DNA from: Anaerolineae bacterium
Lineage (GTDB): Bacteria; Chloroflexota; Anaerolineae; B4-G1; SLSP01
Assembly: GCA_034676805.1 (NCBI GenBank)
Contig: JAXDDO010000001.1
Location: 4,758 to 68,757, forward strand
Direction of reading: 5' to 3'
DNA length: 64,000 nucleotides
This document shows, one piece after another, positions 1-8,660 of the stretch; position 1 is the first letter of the stretch, and every line of letters begins with the position of its first letter. The notes beneath the pieces are model-generated. The model ran no database searches, was not told the DNA's origin, and was given only the letters and a program-made list of their open reading frames with translations. The translations under genes and the position numbers were made by a program.

Positions 1-438
1 GTGTTCGACTACCGGCGGGCACTGCTCCATCTACGTCGTTCGCTGGCGCCCCAACGCGAGGTACTTAACGAGCTGTCCCGTGGCCACTTCGCCGCCATCG
101 GCGAGACCTACGCGATGTACTTCCGTGACATCTACGATCACATGGTGCGCCTCTACGATGTCACCGACACAATTCGTGATGTGGTCAACGGTACACTGGA
201 GATGTACTTATCTATGGTGAACAACCGCATGAACGACGTGATGAAGACGCTGACGATCATCACGACGCTGTTCATGCCGCTGTCGTTTCTAGCGGGGTTC
301 TTTGGGATGAACTTCTTCCAGCCGGCCCTTATCAGGGCTGGCTGGACGAGCACGGGGGTTTTGTGGGTGGTCATCGGCGCGATGGCGGTGCTACCGTTTG
401 TGATGTACTGGTGGATGCGCCGTCGCGACCTGATATGA
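1..438 (+). CDS. corA: Magnesium/cobalt transporter CorA, C-terminal part (5' end lies outside the window)
   Basis: Frame is open from the window edge. The C-terminal two-TM region carries the CorA signature (...TLFMPLSFLAGFFGMNF...). Stop at 436-438. Confidence 0.85.
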   Translation: MFDYRRALLHLRRSLAPQREVLNELSRGHFAAIGETYAMYFRDIYDHMVRLYDVTDTIRDVVNGTLEMYLSMVNNRMNDVMKTLTIITTLFMPLSFLAGFFGMNFFQPALIRAGWTSTGVLWVVIGAMAVLPFVMYWWMRRRDLI

Positions 439-576
439 TACGGAAACCCGATAGGGGGATGCAGTGGTGCTTGGGAGGTGTTTCCCGAATGAGTCAGCGT
501 TGCTGTGCATTCCGGACCGGATGGCTCGGCTGGAGCGATTGACCGGGCCGGCTAATTGGCTGTCTGGAGGGATATT

Positions 577-1626
577 GTGAGGCTACTTCCACTGTTGGAT
601 ACACCGAATGCTGTTCTGGTCTACAAGGCGTCGCTGCCCGAGCCGGTGCGTTGGCAGGACTACGACTTGGTGGCACGCCAGGCGCTGGCGGCGACGCAGG
701 TCGAGCTCGAGCCTGGCGAGAACGCCGTGCTCAAGCCCAACGTGACCGTCGGCGAGAACTACGCCGATCCCGACACGGGCATCACGACGCATCCGGGCTT
801 TGTCCAGGGCGCCATCGAGCACCTGTTGGCACACGGCGCGCGACGTGGCGGCGTCTATATCCTGGAGGACCCCCGCAATACCAACGACAACGAGGATCGC
901 CACTGGCAAGGCACCGGCTATCCGGAGGTGCGAGATGCGACCGGGGCCAAGCTCCGCTCCCCCAAGACGTACACGTGCGTAAAGAAGCCGGTACGGAAGC
1001 CATTGGCACTTCCCGAGATGAACGTCAGCCGCCTGGCGGTCGCGCCCAACACTGTGTTGATCAATGTGCCCAAGCTCAAGACACACAACCTGGGCATCAC
1101 CACACTGTGTATGAAGAACCTGATGGGCGTCGTTAACGTCTTCGACCGCCACTTCTGCAGCCAGGCCTGGCAGGAGATGCCCGTCGATGTGCGGGACCAC
1201 GAAGGGCCACGGGAGACGTGGCTGACACGGGAGATGCACGAGCTATGGCAGACGGGGCTCGCGCACCGGCTGATCGACCTGGCGCAGGTGGTGCAGCCCC
1301 GGCTCAACCTGGTCGAAGGGGTGATCGCCCGTGAGGGGACGGGGTTCAACCGGGGTCGTAATCACGCCCTGGGGTTGTGCATCGCCGGCGTGAATATGGT
1401 CGCCGTGGACAGCGTGGCGAGCTACTTGATGGGCTTCGATCCTCGCCGGCTCATCTACCTGAGGTTGGCTGCTGGGGCGGGGCTGGGAACGAACGATCTG
1501 GACCAACTGGTTATCTATGAGGTAAGCGATGGGGAGATCGTGCCGTGCCGCGACGTTGAGGCCTTGCGTGCACGTCCCGCTCTCCGGGTCATCTCCAATA
1601 TCAAGGGCGAAGATAACACAATCTAG
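577..1626 (+). CDS. DUF362 domain-containing protein
   Basis: ORF 556..1626. The in-frame GTG at 577 is preferred because GGAGG sits at 566-570. Motifs VLKPNVTV, INVPKLKTHNLGITTLCMKNLMG and EGVIAREGTG match my recollection of DUF362. Confidence 0.7.
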   Translation: MRLLPLLDTPNAVLVYKASLPEPVRWQDYDLVARQALAATQVELEPGENAVLKPNVTVGENYADPDTGITTHPGFVQGAIEHLLAHGARRGGVYILEDPRNTNDNEDRHWQGTGYPEVRDATGAKLRSPKTYTCVKKPVRKPLALPEMNVSRLAVAPNTVLINVPKLKTHNLGITTLCMKNLMGVVNVFDRHFCSQAWQEMPVDVRDHEGPRETWLTREMHELWQTGLAHRLIDLAQVVQPRLNLVEGVIAREGTGFNRGRNHALGLCIAGVNMVAVDSVASYLMGFDPRRLIYLRLAAGAGLGTNDLDQLVIYEVSDGEIVPCRDVEALRARPALRVISNIKGEDNTI

Positions 1627-1650
1627 CGCGACAAACGGGGAGGTCGATTC

Positions 1651-2916
1651 ATGGGTGGCAAGCTGTGCATCACCGATGTGGAACGGATAACACTGAGGGT
1701 TCCCTTCACACCGCGTTGCCTGGAGTGGAACGCGCGTGAGGTATGGCAGTGGCAGGTGGTCGAGGTCATTCGTGTGACGACGGACGTGCCCGATCTTGTT
1801 GGGTACGGTGAAACCCTGCCGTTCTATACCTGGGGACGTGTGACCGACGAAGCCATTGAGCGGGTCAGGGGTCGCCATCCCGGGGATTTCCTGGGCGACG
1901 ACACCCTGGGCGCCGGGCTGCAGATGGCGCTATACGATGTGGCCGGGAAAGCATTGGGCGTGCCGGCCTACCGGCTGTTCGGGACCGCCAAAGTGCGCGA
2001 GTGGTGCCCCATCTCGTGGTGGAACATTGATATGCCGCCGGAAGCGCTGGCTGCCGAAGCCCAGGAGGCACTGGCCCGGGGATACACCGCCTACAAGACC
2101 AAAGCGCGCCCCTGGTGGGACGTCTTCGAGCAGGTTGCCGCCGTCAGCAACGTAACCCCGGCGCACTTCTCCCTCGAGCTGGACTGGAACCAGATGTTGA
2201 TCAACGCGGGGAACGCCACCCCGGTTCTGACCGAACTGGATAGCTGCGAGCGGGTGGGCATCTACGAGTCCCCGATTATGCAGCGTGACGTCGAGGGGCA
2301 CAGGCAGCTGCGCAGCAAGATCACTCACCCCATTGCCCTGCACTTCGGCAGTCCGCCATTCCCCGTCGCGGTCCGTGACGAGGTCTGTGACGGTTTCGTC
2401 GTTGGCGGTGGGGTCGCCCAGGTCCTCCGGCAGGGCGCGCTGGCTGAAGCGTTCGATAAGCCCTTCTGGCTCCAGCTGGTGGGGACAGGGCTCACGACGG
2501 CACTGTCCTTGCAGTTGGGTGCTGTGCTGCCTATGGCCCAATGGCCGGCGGTCAACTGCATGAACAACTACTCGGATGACCTGCTGGCCGAGCCGGTGGT
2601 GATCGCCGGCGGCTATGCGCGTGTGCCCGACGGCCCAGGCCTGGGCATCGAGGTGGATGAGGGGGCGCTATCGCGCTACCTGATGGCGCCGCCCTACGAG
2701 CTGGAGAAACCGCAAGCGTTGCTCTCGGTTGTCTGGCCCAGCGGTGTGGTGCGGCACTACGCAGATATCCACCAGATCTGGACCGATGGACACGCCGGCA
2801 ACATCCCCGCGCAGGCGCGCGGTGTGACGATGAACGTGACGCCGGACGACGGGACGCCGGAGTGGGCCGATCTCTATGCACGAGCGCAGGTCGCGCCCGT
2901 TCACGACATCGCGTAA
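1651..2916 (+). CDS. Enolase-superfamily enzyme (mandelate racemase/muconate lactonizing family, possibly an acid-sugar dehydratase)
   Basis: ATG preceded by GGGGAGG. N-terminal capping-domain style (ERITLRVPF...GYGETL), a KxK motif (YKTKA), and metal-ligand-like ELDWNQ / IYESPI. Confidence 0.75.
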   Translation: MGGKLCITDVERITLRVPFTPRCLEWNAREVWQWQVVEVIRVTTDVPDLVGYGETLPFYTWGRVTDEAIERVRGRHPGDFLGDDTLGAGLQMALYDVAGKALGVPAYRLFGTAKVREWCPISWWNIDMPPEALAAEAQEALARGYTAYKTKARPWWDVFEQVAAVSNVTPAHFSLELDWNQMLINAGNATPVLTELDSCERVGIYESPIMQRDVEGHRQLRSKITHPIALHFGSPPFPVAVRDEVCDGFVVGGGVAQVLRQGALAEAFDKPFWLQLVGTGLTTALSLQLGAVLPMAQWPAVNCMNNYSDDLLAEPVVIAGGYARVPDGPGLGIEVDEGALSRYLMAPPYELEKPQALLSVVWPSGVVRHYADIHQIWTDGHAGNIPAQARGVTMNVTPDDGTPEWADLYARAQVAPVHDIA

Positions 2917-2938
2917 GCTGATTCAGGGAGAGACCGAC

Positions 2939-3718
2939 ATGCAATATGGAGAGCGCCGGTGGGTCGAGATGCGCGCTATGGTGGACAAGGTCGTGGTCCT
3001 ACCGTTGGGATCGCTGGAGCAGCACGGCCACCATCTACCCCTGCTCACCGACTCACTGATCTGTGGTGAGATCATCCGCCGCGCCGAGGCGGAGTTGGGC
3101 GATCTCGCGCTGTTCCTGCCGTTGATATGGGTGGGGGCTTCGGAGCACCACAGCCGCTTCGCGGGCACCGTCAGTGTCAGCCAGGAGACCTATACCCGGA
3201 TGCTGGATGAGATTCTTGAGAGCTTGATCGCCCACGGGTTCAAGCGCATCGTGCTGCTCAACGCCCACGGGGGCAACGCGCTTCCCGGCCAGACTGCACT
3301 CTACAAGGCGCAGATGCGGCACCGTGACGAGCGCGACCTATGGCTGGTCTTCGCGACGTGGTTCACGCTGGCTGCGCCGCAGATCGCGGCTCTGTCTGAC
3401 TTGGAGCAGGATCACGTGACACATGCCTGTGAGCTGGAGACCAGCATGATCCTGCGTCTGCGTCCCGAGCTCGTCGACCTGGCGGCAGCCCAGGGCGCAA
3501 TCGTGCCGTTCGAGTCAGCGTTCTACTGTCCTGATTCGCGCCGGCCAAGCCGCCTGGCCGTAGCGCGCCCCATCGACCACGTGAGTGTGACCGGCGGATA
3601 CGGTCACCCGGAGCTGGCCACCGAAGGGAAGGGCGAGTCGCTGTTCGCCGCAGCCACGGCGGAGGTGGTCGCTTGCGTGCGCGAGATCGCTGCGTGGGAG
3701 ACCTTTGACGCGCGATGA
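2939..3718 (+). CDS. Creatininase (creatinine amidohydrolase) family protein
   Basis: ORF 2876..3718, trimmed to ATG 2939 (AGGGAGAG RBS, and this avoids overlap with the previous gene). Motifs VLPLGSLEQHGHHLPLLTD and LLNAHGGN. Confidence 0.8.
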   Translation: MQYGERRWVEMRAMVDKVVVLPLGSLEQHGHHLPLLTDSLICGEIIRRAEAELGDLALFLPLIWVGASEHHSRFAGTVSVSQETYTRMLDEILESLIAHGFKRIVLLNAHGGNALPGQTALYKAQMRHRDERDLWLVFATWFTLAAPQIAALSDLEQDHVTHACELETSMILRLRPELVDLAAAQGAIVPFESAFYCPDSRRPSRLAVARPIDHVSVTGGYGHPELATEGKGESLFAAATAEVVACVREIAAWETFDAR

Positions 3719-4527
3719 TCACCTCCCTCAAGAACGACAAGGTCAAGCTCGTGCGGGGCGTGATGGCGAACCGCCGCCGGCGCACGCAGGAGGGCCTTTT
3801 CTTCATTGAAGGCGTCCATGCCATCACCGCGGCCTACGCACATGGGTGGGATATTCGCTGGTTGATCGCCTGCCCGGAGAAGGCGCAGACGGACTGGGCG
3901 CGCGATATCATAGCGCGCACGCCTGCGGAGCGCCTGCTGGAGGTGAACGCCTATGTCCACGGCGAGCTGAGCGATCGTGAAGCGCCCTCGGAGCTGATGG
4001 CGCTGGTAGCAATGCGCGAGGATGATCTGTCTCGCATCCCGGTCCGGCCCGACTTGCTTGTGCTGCTGCTCGACCGTCCACACAGTCCTGGCAACCTGGG
4101 GAGCGTGATCCGCTCGGCCGATGCGTTGGGCGCTCACGCCGTGATCGTCACCGGGCATGCGGCGGACATCTACGATCCCAAGGCGGTACGGGCGAGCATG
4201 GGCTCGCTCTTCGCGCTGCCGGCGCTGCGCGTGCCGCGCCACGAGGCATTGGAGGACTGGCTGACGGCGATGCGGCGCAAGCTTGGCGTGGTGCAGGTGG
4301 TTGCCACCAGTTCACGTGCCGAGACGCCGATCTACGCGCACGACCTGACGGTCCCGACCGTGATTGCTATCGGCAACGAGGCCCGTGGCATTAGCACGTA
4401 TTTCGAGCTCTTGTGCGACAGCTTTGTCACGATACCCATGTCCCAAAGCGTCGCCACCTCGCTCAACGCGTCGGTAGCGGCGTCGATTGTGCTCTACGAG
4501 GCCCGTCGCCAGCGAGCAGCGGCATAG
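3715..4527 (+). CDS. TrmH/SpoU-family RNA 2'-O-methyltransferase (RlmB-like)
   Basis: ATGA start/stop overlap with the upstream gene. Motifs PGNLGSVIRSADALGAHAVIV, IAIGNEARGIS and IPMSQSVATSLNASVAASIVLYE. Confidence 0.85.
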   Translation: MITSLKNDKVKLVRGVMANRRRRTQEGLFFIEGVHAITAAYAHGWDIRWLIACPEKAQTDWARDIIARTPAERLLEVNAYVHGELSDREAPSELMALVAMREDDLSRIPVRPDLLVLLLDRPHSPGNLGSVIRSADALGAHAVIVTGHAADIYDPKAVRASMGSLFALPALRVPRHEALEDWLTAMRRKLGVVQVVATSSRAETPIYAHDLTVPTVIAIGNEARGISTYFELLCDSFVTIPMSQSVATSLNASVAASIVLYEARRQRAAA

Positions 4528-4600
4528 ATCTTCGAGCTGCTGCCACCTAGAGGGCTCTGTGACTGAGGACTTCCGACTTCGGACGTTCAATGACCCAACA

Positions 4601-5857
4601 ATGGAGGATCTACCTACACACATGGACACTCAACACAAGGCCATCGATCCCGTTCGGATTGGATTTGTGGGTGTGGGCGGGATGGGCACCCACCATATCA
4701 AGAACTTGGTGCGCATGCCGGGCGTGAGGATCGTGGCGCTCTGCGACAGCCGCGAAGCAAACACCGCCCGCGCCAGCCAGATCGTGCAGGAGGCCGGTCA
4801 GCCCGCACCGAAGCTGTATACCCGCGGCGAGGCAGACTTCGAGCGCTTGTGCGCGGAAGAGGACCTGGACCTGGTCTACACGGCGTCGCCGTGGCAGTAT
4901 CACACGCGCGTCTGCGTCACGGCGATGGAGCACGGCAAGCACGCCGCGACGGAGGTGCCGGCTGCCGTCACGCTGGACGAGTGCTGGGAACTTGTGGAGA
5001 CGGCCGAGCGGACCGGGCGCTACTGCTTCATGGCCGAAAACTGCTGCTACGACCGGACCGAGATGCTGATCCTGAACATGGTGCGCCAGGGCGTTCTGGG
5101 TGAGCTGTTGCTTGCCGAGTGCGGCTACATGCACGACCTGCGCAGCCTGCTCTTTGGGAACGACGGCGAAGGCCTCTGGCGGCTGGCCCATGTCATCGAG
5201 CGCAACGGCGACCTCTATCCGACGCACGGTCTGGGTCCGGTCGCGCAATGGCTGAACATCAACCGTGGCAACCGTTTCACGCGGCTCGTCTCGATGGGCA
5301 CGCAATCGCTGGGGCTGAATCTCTACGCCGCGCAGCACTTCGGCCCGGAGAGCGCTGAGGCGCGCCAGCGCTATGCCCAGAGCGACATCGTGACGACGCT
5401 GCTCCAGACTGAGCAAGGACAGACCGTACAGATCAAACACGACACGGCTTCACCACGTCCCTACAGCCGCGGTATTCTGGCGCAGGGCACCCTCGGCATC
5501 GTGCGCAAATACCCCGAGGAGAAGGTCCACCTAGAGGGGCGGTCGGCCCCGGAAATGTGGGAGCCGCTGGAGGCCTACCAGGAGGAGTTCGAGCATCCGT
5601 TGTGGAAGCAGACGCTAGAGACGCTGACCGGCGTGGGGGGCCACGGCAACATGGACTACCTGGTGGACTACCGGCTGACCCAGTGCCTGCGGGCTGGCGT
5701 GCCGCCGGATATCGACGTCTATGATGCCGCGACATGGAGCGCGGTCTCGGCGCTCAGTGCACAGTCCATTGCCAACGGCAGTCAGGCGGTCGACTTCCCG
5801 GATTTCACGCGCGGGGGGTGGAAGGAGCGCGAACCGCTAGGCATCGTAAACGCCTAG
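4601..5857 (+). CDS. Gfo/Idh/MocA-family NAD-dependent oxidoreductase (GH109-like architecture)
   Basis: ORF 4487..5857. ATG 4601 (or 4622) is preferred because the upstream part overlaps trmH. Rossmann motif RIGFVGVGGMGTHH, then HAATEVPAA. No signal peptide. Confidence 0.75.
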   Translation: MEDLPTHMDTQHKAIDPVRIGFVGVGGMGTHHIKNLVRMPGVRIVALCDSREANTARASQIVQEAGQPAPKLYTRGEADFERLCAEEDLDLVYTASPWQYHTRVCVTAMEHGKHAATEVPAAVTLDECWELVETAERTGRYCFMAENCCYDRTEMLILNMVRQGVLGELLLAECGYMHDLRSLLFGNDGEGLWRLAHVIERNGDLYPTHGLGPVAQWLNINRGNRFTRLVSMGTQSLGLNLYAAQHFGPESAEARQRYAQSDIVTTLLQTEQGQTVQIKHDTASPRPYSRGILAQGTLGIVRKYPEEKVHLEGRSAPEMWEPLEAYQEEFEHPLWKQTLETLTGVGGHGNMDYLVDYRLTQCLRAGVPPDIDVYDAATWSAVSALSAQSIANGSQAVDFPDFTRGGWKEREPLGIVNA

Positions 5858-5881
5858 CTGAACTCTCGCAAGGAGATAGCG

Positions 5882-6667
5882 ATGACGACGATACAGAACG
5901 TAATCGACGTGATTCTCGACCAGATTCCCGGCGGTCGCCTGGAAGAGACGGTCGACACGGTGAAGTGCGGCGATCCGGCCCGGGAGGTCAAGGGCATCGT
6001 GACGACCTTCCTGGCGAGCACCGGCGTGATCCGAAAGACGATCGAGCTGGGAGCGAACTTCATCATCACCCACGAACCCACCTTCTACAACCACCTGGAC
6101 GAGGTGGAGAAGCTGGCAGACGATCCGATATACCGCGAGAAGCGCGCGTTGTTGGATGACCATGGGATCGTCGTCTGGCGGTTTCACGATCACTGGCACC
6201 GCCACGAGCCGGATGGGATTGGGATGGGCGTGGTAAAGGCGCTGGAGTGGGAGCCCTATCTCCAGGTAGATAGCCCGTCGATCACGATCCCGACGATGAC
6301 GCTGTCGGAGTTAGCCAGCCACCTCAAGGCGCGGTTGGGGATTGCTACGCTACGCGTCGTCGGCGACCTGCAGATGCCGTGCCGCCGCGTGGCGCTGATG
6401 GTTGGTGCGCCCGGCGCCGAATGGCAGATGCGCTGGCTGGCCCGCGACGACGTGGACGTGTTGGTCACGGGCGAGGTGCACGAGTGGGAGACCTCGGAAT
6501 ACGTCCGCGACGCTGTCGCGCAGGGGCGACCCAAGGCCCTGATCGTGGCGGGCCACGCCAACAGCGAGGAGCCGGGGATGGCCTACCTCGTTGAGTGGCT
6601 GCGTCCGTTGGTGCCCGGCGTGCAGATCACGCACGTTCCCGTGGGGGACGCGTTCAGCTATCTGTAG
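5882..6667 (+). CDS. Nif3-like dinuclear metal centre protein (GTP cyclohydrolase 1 type 2 homologue family)
   Basis: AAGGAG RBS. Motifs ANFIITHEPTFY, HDHWH and GHANSEEPG. Confidence 0.8.
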   Translation: MTTIQNVIDVILDQIPGGRLEETVDTVKCGDPAREVKGIVTTFLASTGVIRKTIELGANFIITHEPTFYNHLDEVEKLADDPIYREKRALLDDHGIVVWRFHDHWHRHEPDGIGMGVVKALEWEPYLQVDSPSITIPTMTLSELASHLKARLGIATLRVVGDLQMPCRRVALMVGAPGAEWQMRWLARDDVDVLVTGEVHEWETSEYVRDAVAQGRPKALIVAGHANSEEPGMAYLVEWLRPLVPGVQITHVPVGDAFSYL

Positions 6668-6686
6668 GGGCACCGTCGAAATGGTT

Positions 6687-6723
6687 CCGGAGACGAGTCA
6701 AAGTCCGCCTGATTCGTCTCCGG
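6687..6723. terminator. 10-bp hairpin between convergent genes (candidate bidirectional terminator)
   Basis: CCGGAGACGA (6687-6696) pairs with TCGTCTCCGG (6714-6723) around a 17-nt loop. It spans the stop codon of the ABC exporter gene. There is no clear U-tract. Confidence 0.4.
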
Positions 6724-8539
6724 TGGCATCCCGGGTCGAGCGGACGCGATCGAGCGCCGCCTCGCCGTAGGCGGTGTCTGTGCCGGACGGCCCACTGCGC
6801 AGCGTGGTCAGGACTTCGGCCAGTTCGAGCTGGCGGCGATAGAGCTGGCTATAGAGACCGTCGCGCGCGAGCAGCTCGTGGTGGTCGCCCACCTCGCGGA
6901 TATGACCATCCTCCAACGCGATGATCTTGTCGGCGTTGCGGATGGTGCTGAGCCGGTGCGCAATGATCAGCGCGGTCCGCCCTTCTAGCACCGTCTCCAG
7001 CGCCTGCTGAATGAGGTATTCCGCTTCGGCGTCGACCGACGATGTGGCCTCGTCCAGGATCAGGATGCGCGGGTTGGTGAGGATGGCGCGGGCCAGGGCC
7101 AGCCGCTGCTTCTGCCCACCGCTGAGGCGCACGCCCCGCTCGCCAATCTCCGTATCGTAGCCCTCGGGGAGCTCCAGAATGAACTCGTGTGCGTTGGCGG
7201 CTGTGGCGGCCGCGATCATCTCTGCGTCGGTGGCATTGGGCTTGCCGTAGCAGATGTTCTCCCGCACGGTCGTGTTGAAGAGGAAGGTGTCTTGCAGGAC
7301 CACGGCGATGTGCTGGCGCAACGAGCGCAGGTCGAGGTCACGCAGGTCGTGGCCGTCGAGCAGGATACGCCCGTGACCGGGGTCGTAGAAGCGGCACAAC
7401 AGATTCGCGATGCTGGTCTTGCCGGCGCCGCTGGGGCCGACCAGGGCCACGACCTCTCCCGGTGCCATGTGGAATTGAATGTCGTGGAGCACTTCGTCAC
7501 CCTGGCCATAGCGAAAGTGCACGTTCTCGAAGTGCACCTCGCCCCGTGCCGCCTCGAGCACCAGCGCATCTGGCGCACTCTGTACCTCGGGCGTCTCGTC
7601 TAGCAGTTCAAAGATACGCTCGCCCGCGGCGATGGCTTGCTGGAAGGTGTTGTCGACCTCGGTCAGCCGCCGCACGGGTTCGTAGAAGGAAGCGATATAG
7701 CCGAGGAACGCGACCAGGGTGCCCAAGGTGATAGCCCCATTGACGACAGCGCGGGCACCGAAGCCCAATACCAGGACCCCGCCGACTGCGGTGAGGAAGT
7801 GCAGCACCGGAAAGAAGCTCGCCCACGTGCGGATCGCGTGAACGCGCTGGTCGTAGTACTCCGTGCTGATGCTGCGAAAGGCGCGCAGCTCGTGTTCTTC
7901 CTGGTCGAACGCCTGGATCACGCGAATGCCGGCGAGGTTGTCTTGCAGGCGGGCGTTGATATCGCCCAGGCGGTCGCGCACCTGCCGGTAGATGGGGCGG
8001 GCGCGTGCGTTGAAGATGCGCAGACCCACGACCAGTACCGGCAGCGGGATGAGGACGACGAGCGCCAGGCGCCAATTGAGCACGAGCAGCACGACCGACG
8101 CGCCGATCAGGCGCAACAGGTCCACAACGGTCAGCGGCACACCGTGGGTGATGAATTGCTCCATCGCGTTGACGTCGTTGGTTACCCGCGACATCAGCTC
8201 CCCCGTTGAAGTACGCTCGTAGAAGGAGAGCGAGAGCCGCTGGACGTGCTCATAGATGCGCACCCGCAGATCGAGTACAAAGCGCTCGCCCAAGGCGTGG
8301 CGGAGGAACATCTCGCCGTAGTCCGTGAGGTGGCTGGCGGCGTAGATGCCGATGAGCAGCAGCACCAGGGTGGTGAGGCGGCTGAGGTCCGCGGCGCGGA
8401 TGACGTCGTCGACGATGATGCCCTGGATGAGGGGCGGTACAAGGCCGAGGCCGATGCGCACCAACAAGAGCGCCGCCGTGGCGATCAGCGTCTTCCAGTA
8501 AGGATGAAGGTATCCGAACAAGCGTCTCAATACGGTCAT
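6698..8539 (-). CDS. ABC exporter, fused permease/ATPase (MsbA/multidrug type)
   Basis: ORF 6698..8635, trimmed to ATG 8539 (GAGGAAACCGTT-ATG). N-terminal six-TM domain, Walker A GPSGAGKTS, signature LSGGQKQRLALARA, Walker B ILILDEATSSVD. Confidence 0.9.
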   Translation of the reverse strand: MTVLRRLFGYLHPYWKTLIATAALLLVRIGLGLVPPLIQGIIVDDVIRAADLSRLTTLVLLLIGIYAASHLTDYGEMFLRHALGERFVLDLRVRIYEHVQRLSLSFYERTSTGELMSRVTNDVNAMEQFITHGVPLTVVDLLRLIGASVVLLVLNWRLALVVLIPLPVLVVGLRIFNARARPIYRQVRDRLGDINARLQDNLAGIRVIQAFDQEEHELRAFRSISTEYYDQRVHAIRTWASFFPVLHFLTAVGGVLVLGFGARAVVNGAITLGTLVAFLGYIASFYEPVRRLTEVDNTFQQAIAAGERIFELLDETPEVQSAPDALVLEAARGEVHFENVHFRYGQGDEVLHDIQFHMAPGEVVALVGPSGAGKTSIANLLCRFYDPGHGRILLDGHDLRDLDLRSLRQHIAVVLQDTFLFNTTVRENICYGKPNATDAEMIAAATAANAHEFILELPEGYDTEIGERGVRLSGGQKQRLALARAILTNPRILILDEATSSVDAEAEYLIQQALETVLEGRTALIIAHRLSTIRNADKIIALEDGHIREVGDHHELLARDGLYSQLYRRQLELAEVLTTLRSGPSGTDTAYGEAALDRVRSTRDATGDESGGL

Positions 8540-8566
8540 AACGGTTTCCTCTGCACAAGACCAGCG

Positions 8567-8595
8567 TTGCGTTGGGACCAGGGCGATGCTACAAT
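8567..8595 (+). promoter_or_regulatory. Sigma-70-like promoter candidate for the GH3 gene
   Basis: TTGCGT (8567-8572), 17-nt spacer, TACAAT (8590-8595), read directly from the sequence. Confidence 0.5.
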
Positions 8596-8660
8596 GGTCC
8601 CCACCACGGACTTCTTTGTGTTGTAATTGTACCACTATGCTTCAGTAAGGAGGGTCAGCC

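Noticed and set aside
2939-3718. Creatininase-family gene as MftE of a mycofactocin system.
   Set aside because: There is no mftA precursor, no MftB/MftC radical-SAM pair and no MftD/F nearby. The neighbours are an enolase-superfamily enzyme and DUF362.
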